From positions 8,558,001 through 8,622,000 of the forward strand of contig CM052816.1 of assembly GCA_028534125.1 (NCBI GenBank): 64,000 nt of DNA, given 5' to 3'. The DNA is from Lama glama. Lineage: Eukaryota. The position numbers were made by a program, and so were the translations under genes. The notes beneath the pieces are model-generated. The model saw only the letters and a program-made list of their open reading frames with translations, was not told the origin of the DNA and did no database searches. Positions within the stretch are counted from its first letter, which is position 1. Each line of letters opens with the position of its first letter. This document shows positions 37,141 through 50,130 of the stretch, piece after piece.

Positions 37141-38171
37141 ACTTCCTCTACACTGGGAGTGAGTCTCTAGAGTCCCCGGCAGGTCTAAGACCTGACTCCA
37201 CCCTTTAATAAAGTCTGAGGCCCCTCCTCCTCATGCTTGTAAGACGTCTTGACGCCATCTCTCCACACATCCTCAAAGCTTCCTGGTGTCTCAGTGGACT
37301 CAGGGGAAAAAGCAGGAAGAAGACTCTTCCTCTGGGAGCCCGAAATTTCTAAACAATTATTTTATTACCAAGGAAACTTTCCAGCCAGCCTCCCTCAGAC
37401 CACATCTCCTGAAGCAGGGGAAAGGCTGGAGACACAGAAGTGCGTTTGTGGGCTCTTGTTCAAGCACCTTGTCAGGTCCCAGAGCGCACTTCTGTGAACC
37501 TGACACCCCAACGCACAGCCTCCCCTCCGAGCCAGGCCCGCATGGGAAATGGGCTGAGACGTCTAACTTCACAGAAAGAGGACCGTTGTTTCCTAGCGCA
37601 GGCAGACTTCCTCCCCTGGCATGAGGGGACGTCCTTGCCGGCGACCAGGGAGTTGCTAGGACAGCCTTCCACTCACTCAACGGCAGCCACGCGAGCCACG
37701 CCAGGCCAGCACCACCAGTCAAACTGACTTGGAAAGGAACATGCTGGTTTTGTTTCCTCCACACACCCCTGCCACCCCACTCCCCGCAACACACCAAGCC
37801 GGTTCCACACTCAGAATCTCAAAGTGCAAGCAGGTAGCCTGTTTCTCTCAGAGTCACTCTAAGAACATCCACCTTCCCCAAAGAGGCCAGCCACCTGAAT
37901 TTGCGGGAGGAGGGGGACAGGAAGTGGGAGAACAAGTAATTCCCACGTCTCACACCTGCCTTCAGGGGATCCAACAAAATCATGACAGGTGCTATCATGC
38001 CCTGTAAAGGACACAGGCAGGACCTGAGGGCATAAACCCAGGCCCTAGGGTGATGCGCTGCTTCTTCAGGCCAGCTGCAGGCAGAAACCAAGAGTTCAGC
38101 CCACAAAGCCTCTGGGATCCAGGAACAGGACAGATATTTGGCTTGGCCTTGGGTGTGAGGCAAATTATTAA

Positions 38172-38650
38172 TACTTCTGGGTATTTATCTGAAGGAAGCA
38201 AAGGCGCTAACTTGAAAAGATATCTGCACCCCCATGGTCACTGCAGTATCATTCACAATAGCCAAGACATGGAAACACCTAAGTGTCCATCGACAGATGA
38301 TTGGATAAAGATGTATCATGGAGTCTTATTTGGCCATTAAAAAAAAAAAAGAAATCCTGCTGTTTGCAACAGCACAAATGGAACTTGAGGGTAGTATGCT
38401 AAGTAAAATAAGTCAGACAGAGAAAGAGAAATACAGTATGATCTCACTTACGTGTGGAATCTAAAAAACCAATCTCATAGATACAGAGAGCAGACTGGTG
38501 GTTGCCAGAGGCTGGGGGTGGGGGCAGGACAAGGGAATCAGTGAAAATGGTCAAAGGCAAAACTTCCAGTTAGAAAATAAGTCCTGCGGATATCATGTAA
38601 AGTGTGATAACTACAGTCAATAATACTATAATGCATACTTGAAATTTTAA
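38172..38650 (+). mobile_element. L1 (L1MA9-like) 3' fragment: ORF2 C-terminal remnant plus 3' UTR
   Basis: The frame from 38174 reads LLGIYLKEAKALT*KDICTPMVTAVSFTIAKTWKH, matching the L1 ORF2 C-terminus; followed by 'aaataagtcagacagagaaagagaaatacagtatgatctcacttacgtgtggaatctaaaaa'. Confidence 0.9.
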
Positions 38651-39107
38651 AAATAATTTTTTAAAAAGAGGTTAAGATTGCACACAAGCTTTGTAATCAG
38701 ACTGCCTGTTAAATTTCAGCTTTGCTGTATGAGGTGGGGTGTGTGTCATCAGGTGAATCAGTTATTTTTGATCTTCAGTTTCCTCTTTTGAAATATGGCA
38801 CCATTTGATCTTACTATGAGCGAGGACTACAAAAGGAGGTACACAAAGTGCTAATCAAATTACCTGGCTTATTAAGAAAGAGCTTAATAAGTGATACTTT
38901 TAAATATATAGATTAATGAATCATTAAGGCCCTGTTAGCTCTGGTATTCTAGTTAACCTGGTAAAGATACTTTAGCTTGTCCTTCCTGGTGACCGTGTAA
39001 CCACAGAACTTGAGATTTTCTGATTTATTTCCTTTCAGACCACCTCATTCAAGCCAAAACTAAAATATAAGAAAAAATTTAAAAGAATTTTTTTAAAGCC
39101 CTGAACC

Positions 39108-39139
39108 TGCAATTTGGGTAAGATGCCACAAGGTGGCAG
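39108..39139 (+). promoter_or_regulatory. Candidate CTCF site with upstream motif
   Basis: Core CCACAAGGTGGCAG (39126-39139) matches the consensus at 13/14, with TGCAAT at 39108 at the spacing expected for the ZF9-11 upstream motif. Confidence 0.55.
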
Positions 39140-40389
39140 ACTTCTCAATGGTAAGTCTCTTGTAAGGTCCAAGTTTTGCCTGAGTCAGATAATACCTCTG
39201 CTCATGTCACAGATTAGTAATCAATACATTTCTACATGTATTCATTTTTTAATAATTTATTTTAAAATAGCTGCCTTAAATAAAATGAGCAATATTTGCT
39301 AGGTACTGTCAAGTGCTTAACCTCATTTATTCCTAAAAACCATCCCATAGAAGCTGGCATTATTATCCTCCCAGGAGGGGCCTCCCAGAAGGGAAGCAAC
39401 ACCAGCCGAGCCGATATGAGGCCTCTAGTGTCTGTTCTTCCCTAATCTAAAGGAGGTAGTTCTTCCATTTAATAAACAGAGCTGAAGGAGAAGGCGCTCC
39501 CCTCCTCTCCGTCCATAAGATAAGTCTGCCTTAAAAAGACAGCTCCAAGCTATCTCGGGGTACCCCCTTAACACTTCCCTACCTCTAGAACAGAGACTTC
39601 AGTTGGTTTCCCTCTAGCAAATCCTAGAGGGAAACTCTTTTTCTTGCATTTTGACTATCAATAACTATAATTCCATTACTAAGCACTTTCCGCCTGCATT
39701 TTTGCATTTCTCCCTCCCCCAGCACCCCACGAAGTTGACAGACATTCAGGTGAGGGGAGGGACAGCAAGCAGTACCTGCATAAGTGCATGAGACATCATC
39801 CCCATGGTGGTGGGTGCAGGGAAGGAAATAAGCCAGGGGATGGGGCTGATTCAGGGGTGCACAGGGACGGCCCGGAGGACCTCCTTCAGACCTAGCTCTA
39901 ACCAGCTGAACCTCCTGGGTGGGGCAGCTCCACCTTTTCCCACCATTTCTACACTACTGGCAGCCCTGGTCTCCATCCTGACTGCACCCACACCCTGACT
40001 GAGCCCATCACTGGACAGGCCCCAGGCAGCTCTTCCAGCCCCTCTATCTCACAGATCAGCAGGGCATGAGGCACTGCCTGCCTGTTTTCTCAGCCACAGA
40101 GCTAGAAGAAATGTAAGCTAGACCCCAGCCCTGTATGTTTGGGCTCCAGCTATAAGCCCGTTCTGCTCCGTCAGGCCGGAAGAGGCCAAAGCTCAGGTCC
40201 TGGAGAAAAGTCAGTAAGTAGCTCCAGCGCCCCTGCTGGGTCCCTCCTTCTCTGCACCATTCTTGGAAGCCCACCCCAGGAGGGAAGTAGAGGGCATGCA
40301 TGTTCAGGTCTTCCGCTCTGCCCTGAGGGGAGCCCATCCTCAGGGCTTAGGACTCAGCCTGGTCACATCTGTCAGCCCCTGGTCACACA

Positions 40390-40620
40390 GTGCTAGGTCC
40401 CCCCCCGCCAGCTGCCTGAGTTTAACCACATCTCTGTACCCGCCTATTTTTTTTAACCTAATATGTGTCTTTAAATCCACTCATTTTCTCCTCCTTAGAT
40501 TTAACCTCTTCAATGAGTTATACGTAGCAGCTATATTTTCTCAAATCTGCATTTAAATAAGAACTTAGCTATTTAAATGAAATAACCGGATTCACTTGCT
40601 GCCCCAAATTGCCAAACAGA
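40390..40620. mobile_element. MER113-like hAT-Charlie fragment
   Basis: 'cacatctctgtacccgcctattttttttaacctaatatgtgtctttaaatccactcatttt' resembles the MER113 end. Confidence 0.45.
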
Positions 40621-42182
40621 CCACCCTCGTCCTGCTCCGAACCCAGTTCACTCACTCACACGTACTGACCTCATCCCAGTTGCCCCTGCTGGCCTCGGTT
40701 CCTCCCCCGGAACATTCTGACACGGTGGCATCTGAGATCTTTTCAACCCAACACCTGGTGTCCCTTGGTCTGGCACCTTCACTGGCCAAGGACCACGTGA
40801 TCCTTGTACCAGGGCCTGTTGCGATAACACCATGAGGTCACAGGTTCCATATCTTTAACCAACTCCCACCACCCATCTCCAGTCTCCATGTTTGGTCTGG
40901 CCTCCTCTGCCCTTCTGCCAATAATTGTGGTGTGTGAGGGTGCTACTCTGGACCTCAGTTGCTCTGTCTGTACAATGAAGGAGGAAAGACTCAAAAGAGA
41001 AGTTCTTATCTGGGACCTGAGCCTGGCTTTCAGAGTCTATGAAATCACGTGCCCACTTTTCTGTTTTGGCATTCTTGGGTAAAACAAGTCCATACTATCT
41101 TCAGAGACCATGGTGAGGGCTCTGACCCTTTTTCGGTCAGAGCCCCAGGAACAGATGGTCTCTGGAGGCCTTCGGGCTCTCGCTCTCACACTCTGAATCC
41201 TCAGGATTCACTCCCCTCGCCATACTTGGGGCCCGGCGTGCAATGGCCCTTAATAAAAGACCTAAAACATCCCTCCTTCTCCCTGAAATCGTGCTTCAAG
41301 ACCAGCGGCCCCTGACAACAAGGAAAAAAAACAGAAACACACCATGTGTTTGATGCCTTATATTCAGCTTAGGAGCCAAAATAAGCGACAGCTTTAACAG
41401 GAAAAAAAGTTCGAGTCACCACAGGACCTGGGGCCACAGTGAGCTCCACTGTGGCTCCCCCAGGAATTCAGATTAGGAACTGCAGGGCCAGGGCCACAGG
41501 GAGGGAGGCTGCAGGGCCAGGAAGAGGGGTGGGGCGAAGCAGGGGCCACCTCTCTGAAGGGACCCGACGGGGCTGGAGGGAGAGCCCGCAGGGAGAGCCA
41601 GAGGACAGAAGCTACAGATTCAGCTCACCACCCACACGTCCCCAACACTGTCCCCCCTAAAAAAACAGGGTCCTCCAGAGACAGAGCGCACCCTGTCCTG
41701 TGTGCACAAGTGGCAGCTAGGAAACCCAGCCCTGCCCGGGAGGATGTTGGATGGCATGGCCTCAAAAATCTCTTCCCTTCCTGAGAGCCTCGGAATTCTT
41801 CCTCAGGACAAAAGAGGGGGCTGGGGCTTGGGGAAGAAGTGGGAGAGACAACTAGAGAGGCCTCAGAGGGTGAGTCAGGCTGGGGTCAGCAGAGAGGCAT
41901 GCGGAGGCCACCGTGGGGGCCTCGTGACCTAAGTCACCCCAACTGCCTCTCTGCTTGTCACTTGCACTTTATACCCATCACCTCACACAAGTCCCCACAG
42001 GAACCCAGGGAGGACGAGGGTCTGGCCAGAGAACAGGATGGGGAGTAGACAGAGCTAAGGGAACAGCCCGGCAGAGGCAGAAATCCTGGCTGTGACAGCG
42101 GACACGAGTGCTCACGGTCACAGGCACTGTGCTAAGCTCTTTAAACACGTTATCCTGTTTTTCCCTCACAGCACCACGATGA

Positions 42183-42682
42183 NNNNNNNNNNNNNNNNNN
42201 NNNNNNNNNNNNNNNNNNNNNNNNNNNNNNNNNNNNNNNNNNNNNNNNNNNNNNNNNNNNNNNNNNNNNNNNNNNNNNNNNNNNNNNNNNNNNNNNNNNN
42301 NNNNNNNNNNNNNNNNNNNNNNNNNNNNNNNNNNNNNNNNNNNNNNNNNNNNNNNNNNNNNNNNNNNNNNNNNNNNNNNNNNNNNNNNNNNNNNNNNNNN
42401 NNNNNNNNNNNNNNNNNNNNNNNNNNNNNNNNNNNNNNNNNNNNNNNNNNNNNNNNNNNNNNNNNNNNNNNNNNNNNNNNNNNNNNNNNNNNNNNNNNNN
42501 NNNNNNNNNNNNNNNNNNNNNNNNNNNNNNNNNNNNNNNNNNNNNNNNNNNNNNNNNNNNNNNNNNNNNNNNNNNNNNNNNNNNNNNNNNNNNNNNNNNN
42601 NNNNNNNNNNNNNNNNNNNNNNNNNNNNNNNNNNNNNNNNNNNNNNNNNNNNNNNNNNNNNNNNNNNNNNNNNNNNNNNNNN
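42183..42682. other. Assembly gap, exactly 500 N; MIR fragment on the left, poly-G on the right
   Basis: N run counted directly; the right flank starts with a G run. Confidence 0.99.
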
Positions 42683-43399
42683 GGGGGGGGGCAAGGGTCA
42701 TGGTATGAGGGGGAGGGAAGGAGAAAAGGTCCCCACCACCCAGACCGCAGCTAGGAGTAATTAATCCAGGCCAAAAAAATGCCCCAAGGTGTCCACTGGT
42801 CTTTTTCTAGAACACAAACTGCTAGGGCAGCGAGACTCCCTCCCAGGGCAGCAGTGTCCATGGGAGTCCAAGGCCTCCACATTAACCTGTCACTCCAGCT
42901 CTATGACCAGCGGACCCCTCTGGCCGAGCCTCCCCTCCTCCTCAGGGCCTAGCCCCTTGTCTCGCCCTGCCCCAGGCCCAGCTATTCCAATCCTAAGAAA
43001 CCCCCTTTTATTAAGCAACCCAATTAGCCCCACTGACCTCGACTCTCTGCAGCCCTCTGTGCAGCCGGGCGTTAAATCGCAGATCCAAGAGCGGAAATTG
43101 ACTTTGAGTCGCGGGTGCCTGAGGACGCTGACACCATTAGATGGAGAGCCAGCGAGGAAGCCCCCACCGGTGAGGACAGCCTGCCAGAGCAGTAGCTCTG
43201 AGTCGGAGAAGGCTTCGATTCTGCAACTTGGAAAGGCCTCATGCATTTTACTCATTTACTCATTTCAAAGAAATACTGTAGCTCAAGTGATGGTCTAAAA
43301 TACATTCATTCATTCTCTCAGCTCTCCCGCGCGGATCCCCTCAAGCAAGGCCTGCTCTGATTTATAACTAGCACATCACCTGCTCTGAAAAGATGCTCA

Positions 43400-43795
43400 A
43401 ACACACCAGGTCTCTACGCAGCCTCCCTTGGATCCTGTCTGCACAAGTAGTGGGTATACATGGGGAAGACCAGGTCAGCTGCTCAAGGCCTTTGCCCTTG
43501 CTGCTTCCACTGCCCAGAACACCTTTTCCCCAAAAGGTGATGCCGTTTTGATTTCTCAGGCCTCCGCACGAGTACCACCTCAGAGGGAGGCCTTCCGGAC
43601 TGTCCTCTCTGATGCAGCTCACAATCTCCATCACAAGTCCATGTCTTATTTATTCTCTTCTCAGGGTTTATCACTAGCTGAAATCATGTTTATTTTCTGC
43701 TTCCCCATGTCAGCTCCCCGCAGTCAGGACTGGGCCCAGCTCACTGCTGCGTCCCCTTGTCCAAGCACAGGAAACGGGCATTAAATATCGGTAGG
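43400..43795 (+). mobile_element. L2 LINE 3' fragment
   Basis: 'ctcaaggcctttgcccttgctgcttccactgcccagaac...ctcagagggaggccttcc'. Confidence 0.75.
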
Positions 43796-45389
43796 GTGAG
43801 AGAGACACTCCCCGAAGTCAGCAGAACAATGAATGTGCCAGGGAGACCCAGGCTCCCAGATTCGGTGTCAGTAGGCATCAGACAAGGCACTGGACCTGAG
43901 GGCGGCAGCCCCCAGTCAAGGAAGCTCTGATCTCCCCTGCTCACAGGTCACCAGGTGGGGCCCCTATCTCTCACTGGGGGGGGTAGGGGAGTGGCGGCAG
44001 GGAGGAGGGAGGCAGGCTGAGTGAAATTCCCTAAGGTATTAAAAAAAGAACATCTCACAGGAAGTGATCTGCAGAGTCTAAAGGAGCAGGAAAAAGTCCC
44101 AGACTCCCCTCAGAGTGTGTGTCCTGGAGGTGCCAGGCAGCCGCCAAGCAGAATCTCCATCAGGACCTGACAGGGCGAGGCCATGCTGCCCTCACTGACG
44201 GAGAACAACAATAAACTAGGATGTGAGCTTCCCAAGGCCAGGGGCTCTGCTTCTTTTCTGCTAAATCCCCATCGTCTGGACTAGTGCCAGCACATAACAA
44301 GCACTTTAGCAAATATTTTTTAAATAACTTTTTTTTAATTGGGTGCCTCCTATGTGGTAAGCAGTTTATATACAAAGTCTACTGATTCTTCAAATCCACC
44401 CTGAATAGCCAGGAGTCCTGTTATCACCTCAGAGAGGTGAAGTCAGATGCTCAGGCAGCCCAGGAGGGCAGAGCAAGGCCTTGAGCCCAGGGTGTCAGCC
44501 GCCAGAGCCCAGCTCCCTGACCACCGGGCCGCCACGCCTCCCGCAAAGCCAAACAGAAATAATGACACCATCTACCAAGCCAGACAGGCAGGGCTCTCCC
44601 ACTGTGGTCTCAGTAATCCTTTCAACAGCCCTCTGCGCTCCACTGAGAAGGCAATCACGGCCCCAGAGGGTGAAGTCACCTAGCGTGGGGTCTGCTGCTG
44701 CCATCTGGCAGAACTGGGATTCCAACCTGGATACTTCTCAGCTCTGAACTACATACAGGCTCTTGGAGATTCAGCCACACAACATTCCCCTGAAAGGGAA
44801 AGGCTGTCGTGGAAGTTGAATCATTTACTATAAAAGTCAGAATGCTCTCGAAGAAAGTGCACAGAATCCACAGCTCCTTCTACAGCAAGACACCTCAGGA
44901 CCCCATTCTCGGGCTGACCAGCCTCTCACTCAGGACTCTGGCAGGTCCACTCTCTCTGGGCCTCACTTCCCCACCTATTCAGCCAGATGGCACGGCTCTG
45001 AAGTTTTAAGAATCTCAAATCTTTTCACTCATTTGAAACTAAGTAAATATGAATGCCATATTCTGTTTTTACAGCTTTCTATAGTTTATAAAACCCTTTT
45101 TACACTTTTTACCATGATTATCTCCACTGTCCAACAACCCTGCTGTTGAACTAACATCCTCACCTTAGAGTGGGAACCACGGACTCAGAAACCCTAAGCA
45201 ACTCAGTCAAGACAAAGGTAGCAGGAAGTGGCAGAACCAGGATCTGGATCCCAGCCCTAGCCCAGTGGCCCTTCTCCTTCAACTGGGGTGCCCGAGAGGA
45301 GGGTGGAGCCCAAGAAGGTCCCGGGGTATTGTGAGGGAAAGTGGAGGGAAAGCAAGCACACCCACACAAACTGATAGGAACATCATCAA

Positions 45390-46090
45390 CAACACAATAG
45401 GCAGTTGATTGGCGAGGAAACACAAGCGACTCTTAACCATGAGAGAAAGACTGCAAATTAAAACTTCAAAGAGACACCAGCTTACCACAGATCAAAAAAG
45501 TTGAATGCCATGCTGTGCTGGTGAACAGGCATTTCTTATTCATTTCTGTGGGAATGTAAAACTGATACGGTTTCACGAAGGGGAATGTGGCAATATTCAT
45601 AAAAACTTTAAATGCAGATACCCTTTAACTGAGCAATTCCACTCAGCCATATTTATCCTACATATCCACTCACACACGTGCAAAATGACTCTCATATAAA
45701 AATATTCACCACAGACTAGCAGCAGCACTAAATTAGGAATAACCTAAATACCCAGTAGAAAGCTGGTTAAGCCAACTACGGTCAAGCCCACAAATGAAGT
45801 TGATTTTTCTTTACAAGCTGACATGAAATGATCTCTAAGGTATAATATTAAGTGGAAAAAAGAAAGTTGCAGAGCAATGTTCTTAGCTTGTTACCATTTG
45901 TGCAAAAAACGGAGGCAGAAGTTAGACCATATATATGCTGGTAGCTGCACAGTTTATCTCTGGAAGAACATGTCAGAGATCGGTAGCAAGGTGGCTCTGG
46001 GGACAGAAGCATAAGAATGGGAGAACACTTCCATTTATAACTTACAATTTTTCCAAGGAGGATAGCATATTACATTTTCAAAATAAACAC
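45390..46090 (+). mobile_element. Old L1ME-type fragment: ORF2 C-terminal remnant plus 3' UTR
   Basis: 'tgcaaattaaaac', 'gtgggaatgtaaaactg', 'gagcaattccactc', 'ggaataacctaaatacccag'. Confidence 0.75.
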
Positions 46091-48879
46091 AAAAGCAAGT
46101 CTCTTGTCTTTTTTCCCATTAAGTAATGCCGTATGTTGAAACCAGTATGAAAATAAACTTGCTAGGTAGCTGGATCTTCCTGGGGCCTGTTCCACGCGAC
46201 CCCCACCAAATCTCTTCCCCATGGGTCAGCTCCAGTTGCAGCCTCCATCACAAGGTGAATCAGTTAACACTTTAAATGGCCTGACTGAGTTAAAGATTGT
46301 AAATCAGGAAGTCTGGGTTGGAGTACCTTCTCTACCAGCAAAGGTGTTAATCTTGATCTGTACATATTAACGAATGTATATATAGAAAGATGAGATACAC
46401 AATGTGTGGAATAAAAGCCAAACCAAACCTCTGGGGTGATTAAACTCTGTGGTATAATGGTGATCAGTCATGTGAAATACTTGGAGATGATCAGATAATG
46501 CCCAAACTTGATACTGTCTGAGTTAAAACAATAGCATTCACTGTGGTGGCGCAGGCTGGTAAAGTAATTACAACACCTCACAACTGTTTATGTCTCTAAA
46601 ACTTGCAATTAGCTTTGGAATCCATGATACATGCAGTCTCACAGCAATGCAAGGACAGATCCCGTTTTATGAAGGGGGAGAGAGGCTGAAAGAGGTCACG
46701 TGCTGGGCAACAGTTAAACCAAGACTACAGTGTAAGTTCTCTTTCTCAAGGTAACGGGCAGAAATCAGTCCATAAAGGACGCTGGGAGGCAGAAGTGTGC
46801 CCAAGGAGGGAAGCTTGGCTGGAGGTGGCAGTGGTAACACCACTTTAAAAAATTAAATTAAAAAAAAAAAAGAGAGAGAAGCAGCAAGCACTGCCTTTGA
46901 CTGGTTACTTCAGGGTGTGGGATCCTTTTTTTTCCCCCTTTTATCTATCAATATTCTCTCAAATTTCAATAAATTAACACTTGTTACTTTTATAACAAGA
47001 AAACACAATGTATATAAAAATAAAAGAAAACAGAGAATGACATATTCAGTTGAAAGGCATTTAAATACACAAAATTGCTAAGAGTGGTTGTTTTTTGAGG
47101 GTAAGAGATTACAGGATGGGGGTGACCTCACTTCCTCCAACAAGTTAGCTCCTAACACTGCAAATGTTTTAATATTAAATTGTATTAAAAATCTTTTAAA
47201 TATTAATTTAAAAACAGATATTACGTTTGTTAAAAAAACAACAAAAATATAAAATGAAAAAAGTTTAAGGCACAAGTTATTTCTGCAAAACACTTTGGGG
47301 TTAACGGTGAATTATGAAGCAATTAAGCAAACGCCTGAGTTATTGAGATAAAAATTTTTTGTTTTAAATTCCATCATTTTTAGCTTCCTTTATTACCCGA
47401 CAAAATGGCTTTTAAATTAACTTATTCCGTAAGGCTCAGAGCAGAGCTTCCCCTGGATGCAGGCAGATCCCAGCTTCCAGGCTGAAGCGGGGGCCAGGCT
47501 GCCTGCGCGCGCACCCACCGCGCGCCCACCGCACGCACATGGACCTGCCCGTCAATCCTACCGTCACCTAATCCATCCCGCTGCAAAATCCGGCAGCTGG
47601 TGAGGGCCGCAGGGAATTGGGTAGCTTTGATGTTAAATTGCCTATTAGTCACATGGTACCCTAAGTGTGGTCGCTCTTTTTTCACTTGCTGTGAGCTTTC
47701 TTTAAAATACTGCAGACTTCGTGGTTGAGCCAGCAGGAGCTGCGCGTGAGAGGCACCAGGGACCAGAGCCCAGGAATGGCCATTCTGAGCCTCAAAGAGC
47801 ACCCGCAGCCAAGTCTGCAGCCTGGCATCTCAGAATTCCCTGACACCTTCCCTCCCCTCTTAAAATGTTTTTTACCTGAAATAGAGAGTAAGGCTAAAAA
47901 GCAGTTTTACAGAGAAAAAAAATGATTCAAGATGGATAAAACAGAACTGCGGGAAAAAGAAAGAAAACAATTTTAGATATAATCTATCAGTAGAGGATTT
48001 TGAATAATTTGCTCCTTTAAAAAAAATCTGGCCTTAAGTTCCTGATTTTCACCCAGTCTTTCCATCTCCATGAGTGACTTATCCAAATGTTCCATGATTC
48101 ACTTGGGAGGTTGGAAATCGGGGATTCTCTTGCTGGAGTTCCTCCTCCGCCTTCTCCTCCTTCCAAACCCACACGTTTAAGGCACATGATCTCATGACAA
48201 ATTGCTTCCAATTTGCAGTTCAAAGAGAAGTTAGCACCTGTCACCAGGAAAGGGGACACAACGTGGGGAGATGTGGATGGAAAGAAGTCATGTTGCCCTT
48301 CTGAGATGTGATGGCTCCCTAGCTCCATCTGTCTCCAGTAACCAACCTTCTCCCTCTCAGTCCAGTACCTGGCAGTTCCGCCACAAAGAGAATTTACAAA
48401 AGCAAGACAAACAGCCATGATAGAAAAACAATGCGTCACAGAATGGCAGAGACAGGGAAACTCAAGCCCAGAGACGGGCCAGACTTGTTCAGGGATACAC
48501 AGCAAAAAGGGGCTGGCAGGACCTGAACCTAGGCCTTCTTCCAGACCACCAGGCACAATGCTTTCACCCTGGCGTTCTAATCTCCAGGGCAGCTACACAA
48601 TTCTCTAAACAAGACTTTCTCTTTCCTAATTCTAGGAATCAATAGAAATTACACTTTTCTGGGGGAGTTGCAACTATTGCAAAATCACACAATGGAAGGC
48701 TGTTGCAACTCCAGGAAGACTGGGGATCACTGCTCCAAGGAGAATTCAAGATAATCCTGGGAACTCAGTCTAGACAAGGCACAGACATGAATACTTGAGG
48801 GGCCCTTTCCAAAACCATCCCGTCTTGACCAGGTAGATGTGGGGGTGGAGTGGGGGGACAAATCCCACATTTCTATCAA

Positions 48880-49110
48880 GTTCCTGTGTGCAATAGTGAT
48901 CTTATTGGGAAAGACACTTCAATATCTCTGAGCCTTGGGTTCTTCATCTGTAAAATGGAAATGAAAATCGTAATGAGGTGGTAAAATACGGATGCAAAAT
49001 GCTATGAGAATTTCACAGTAATATGCTAAAAGGGATAATAGTGGTGGTAAGAGGGGTAATAATAATTATTATTATGGCAGTAATATTTATTCTCATCATT
49101 AAATGTATTG
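48880..49110 (+). mobile_element. MIR SINE
   Basis: 'acttcaatatctctgagccttgggttcttcatctgtaaaatggaaatga'. Confidence 0.75.
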
Positions 49111-49919
49111 AAAGCTTCCTCTGTAAAGCTACTGGCCTTCTCCCTGTCCATCAAGTACCGGTGGTTGTGTGGGGCCTGGCCCCACTATTATGGGGACTGC
49201 TGTTTCCCTGGGCAAAGGACCTCAGTCAGGGCTGCAGGTGAGAAGCTGTGCCCCAGGCTTGTGCCTCTACTCCGCGCCTAGGGCTTGGGCAAGAGGTTCT
49301 CAAACCACAGTGTGGTACCACTCATTCCATCCTGCCTATGAGGCTTGGGGGAAAACCTAGTCACCCTCCCCAAGACCTCCCCACTCCGTCAGCAGCCTCC
49401 TGCTAGTTTCTAGGGCTGCAAATCTTAGTGCTCTACTTGTGATTCTTCCAGACACTTAGTTCATCCTGTATGTTCTTCCCCATCCCAGGAGTCCTCCAGC
49501 CAGCTCAAATCCTCCACTGATGGGGAAGGAGCTCATGTTCCCCCTACCCCACCCCCAAGTCACTCACTGCTCATTCACCAGCCACAGGATATGATGATCC
49601 TTATGACAGGCTGGCGTCTTCCTAGGATGCCCTTCCTCACTGAGTCGGCCAGCCCATCCCTCCAGACTCTTTCTGCTGCATGAGCTGTCTAGACACTCCC
49701 TCTGCACCGGCCATCCTCCCTGGCCATCTGTTTTTCCCAGGACAGGAGCAGGGCTTGTTCAAATCTGCAATCCTAGCTTCCTGCACAGAGGGAGTTGAAC
49801 ACTGCAGGGACAGGAAAAGGAAGAGGCAGCAAATGATAATCCATGGTTCTCTAACTCCTGGGATCTACCAGTTTTCTCCACCAAAATGTCATCAAACCAA
49901 CCAGTCACCAATTGTCACT

Positions 49920-50130
49920 GTTACTGAGAATAACCACCCCGGGCACTGCACCTAGTCCTTCAGACATGATATCGTTTCAACCACCCATTGAGATACTTAC
50001 TATTATCCCATTTCACAGGTGAGGAGACTGAGGCCTGGGCAGATTAAGTAACATGCCCTGAGCCACTCAGCTGCTAAATGACAAACCCTGGACTCAGATC
50101 CAGATTCAGAGCTCTAGTCTTAATTGCTGT
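49920..50130 (-). mobile_element. MIR SINE
   Basis: 'ctattatcccatttcacaggtgaggagactgaggcctgggcagattaagtaacatgccc'. Confidence 0.8.

Noticed and set aside
38050..38340. 96 aa ORF with an L1-like 'PKCPSTDDWIK' segment
   Set aside because: It is a frameshifted remnant of L1 ORF2 with stops, not a host gene.
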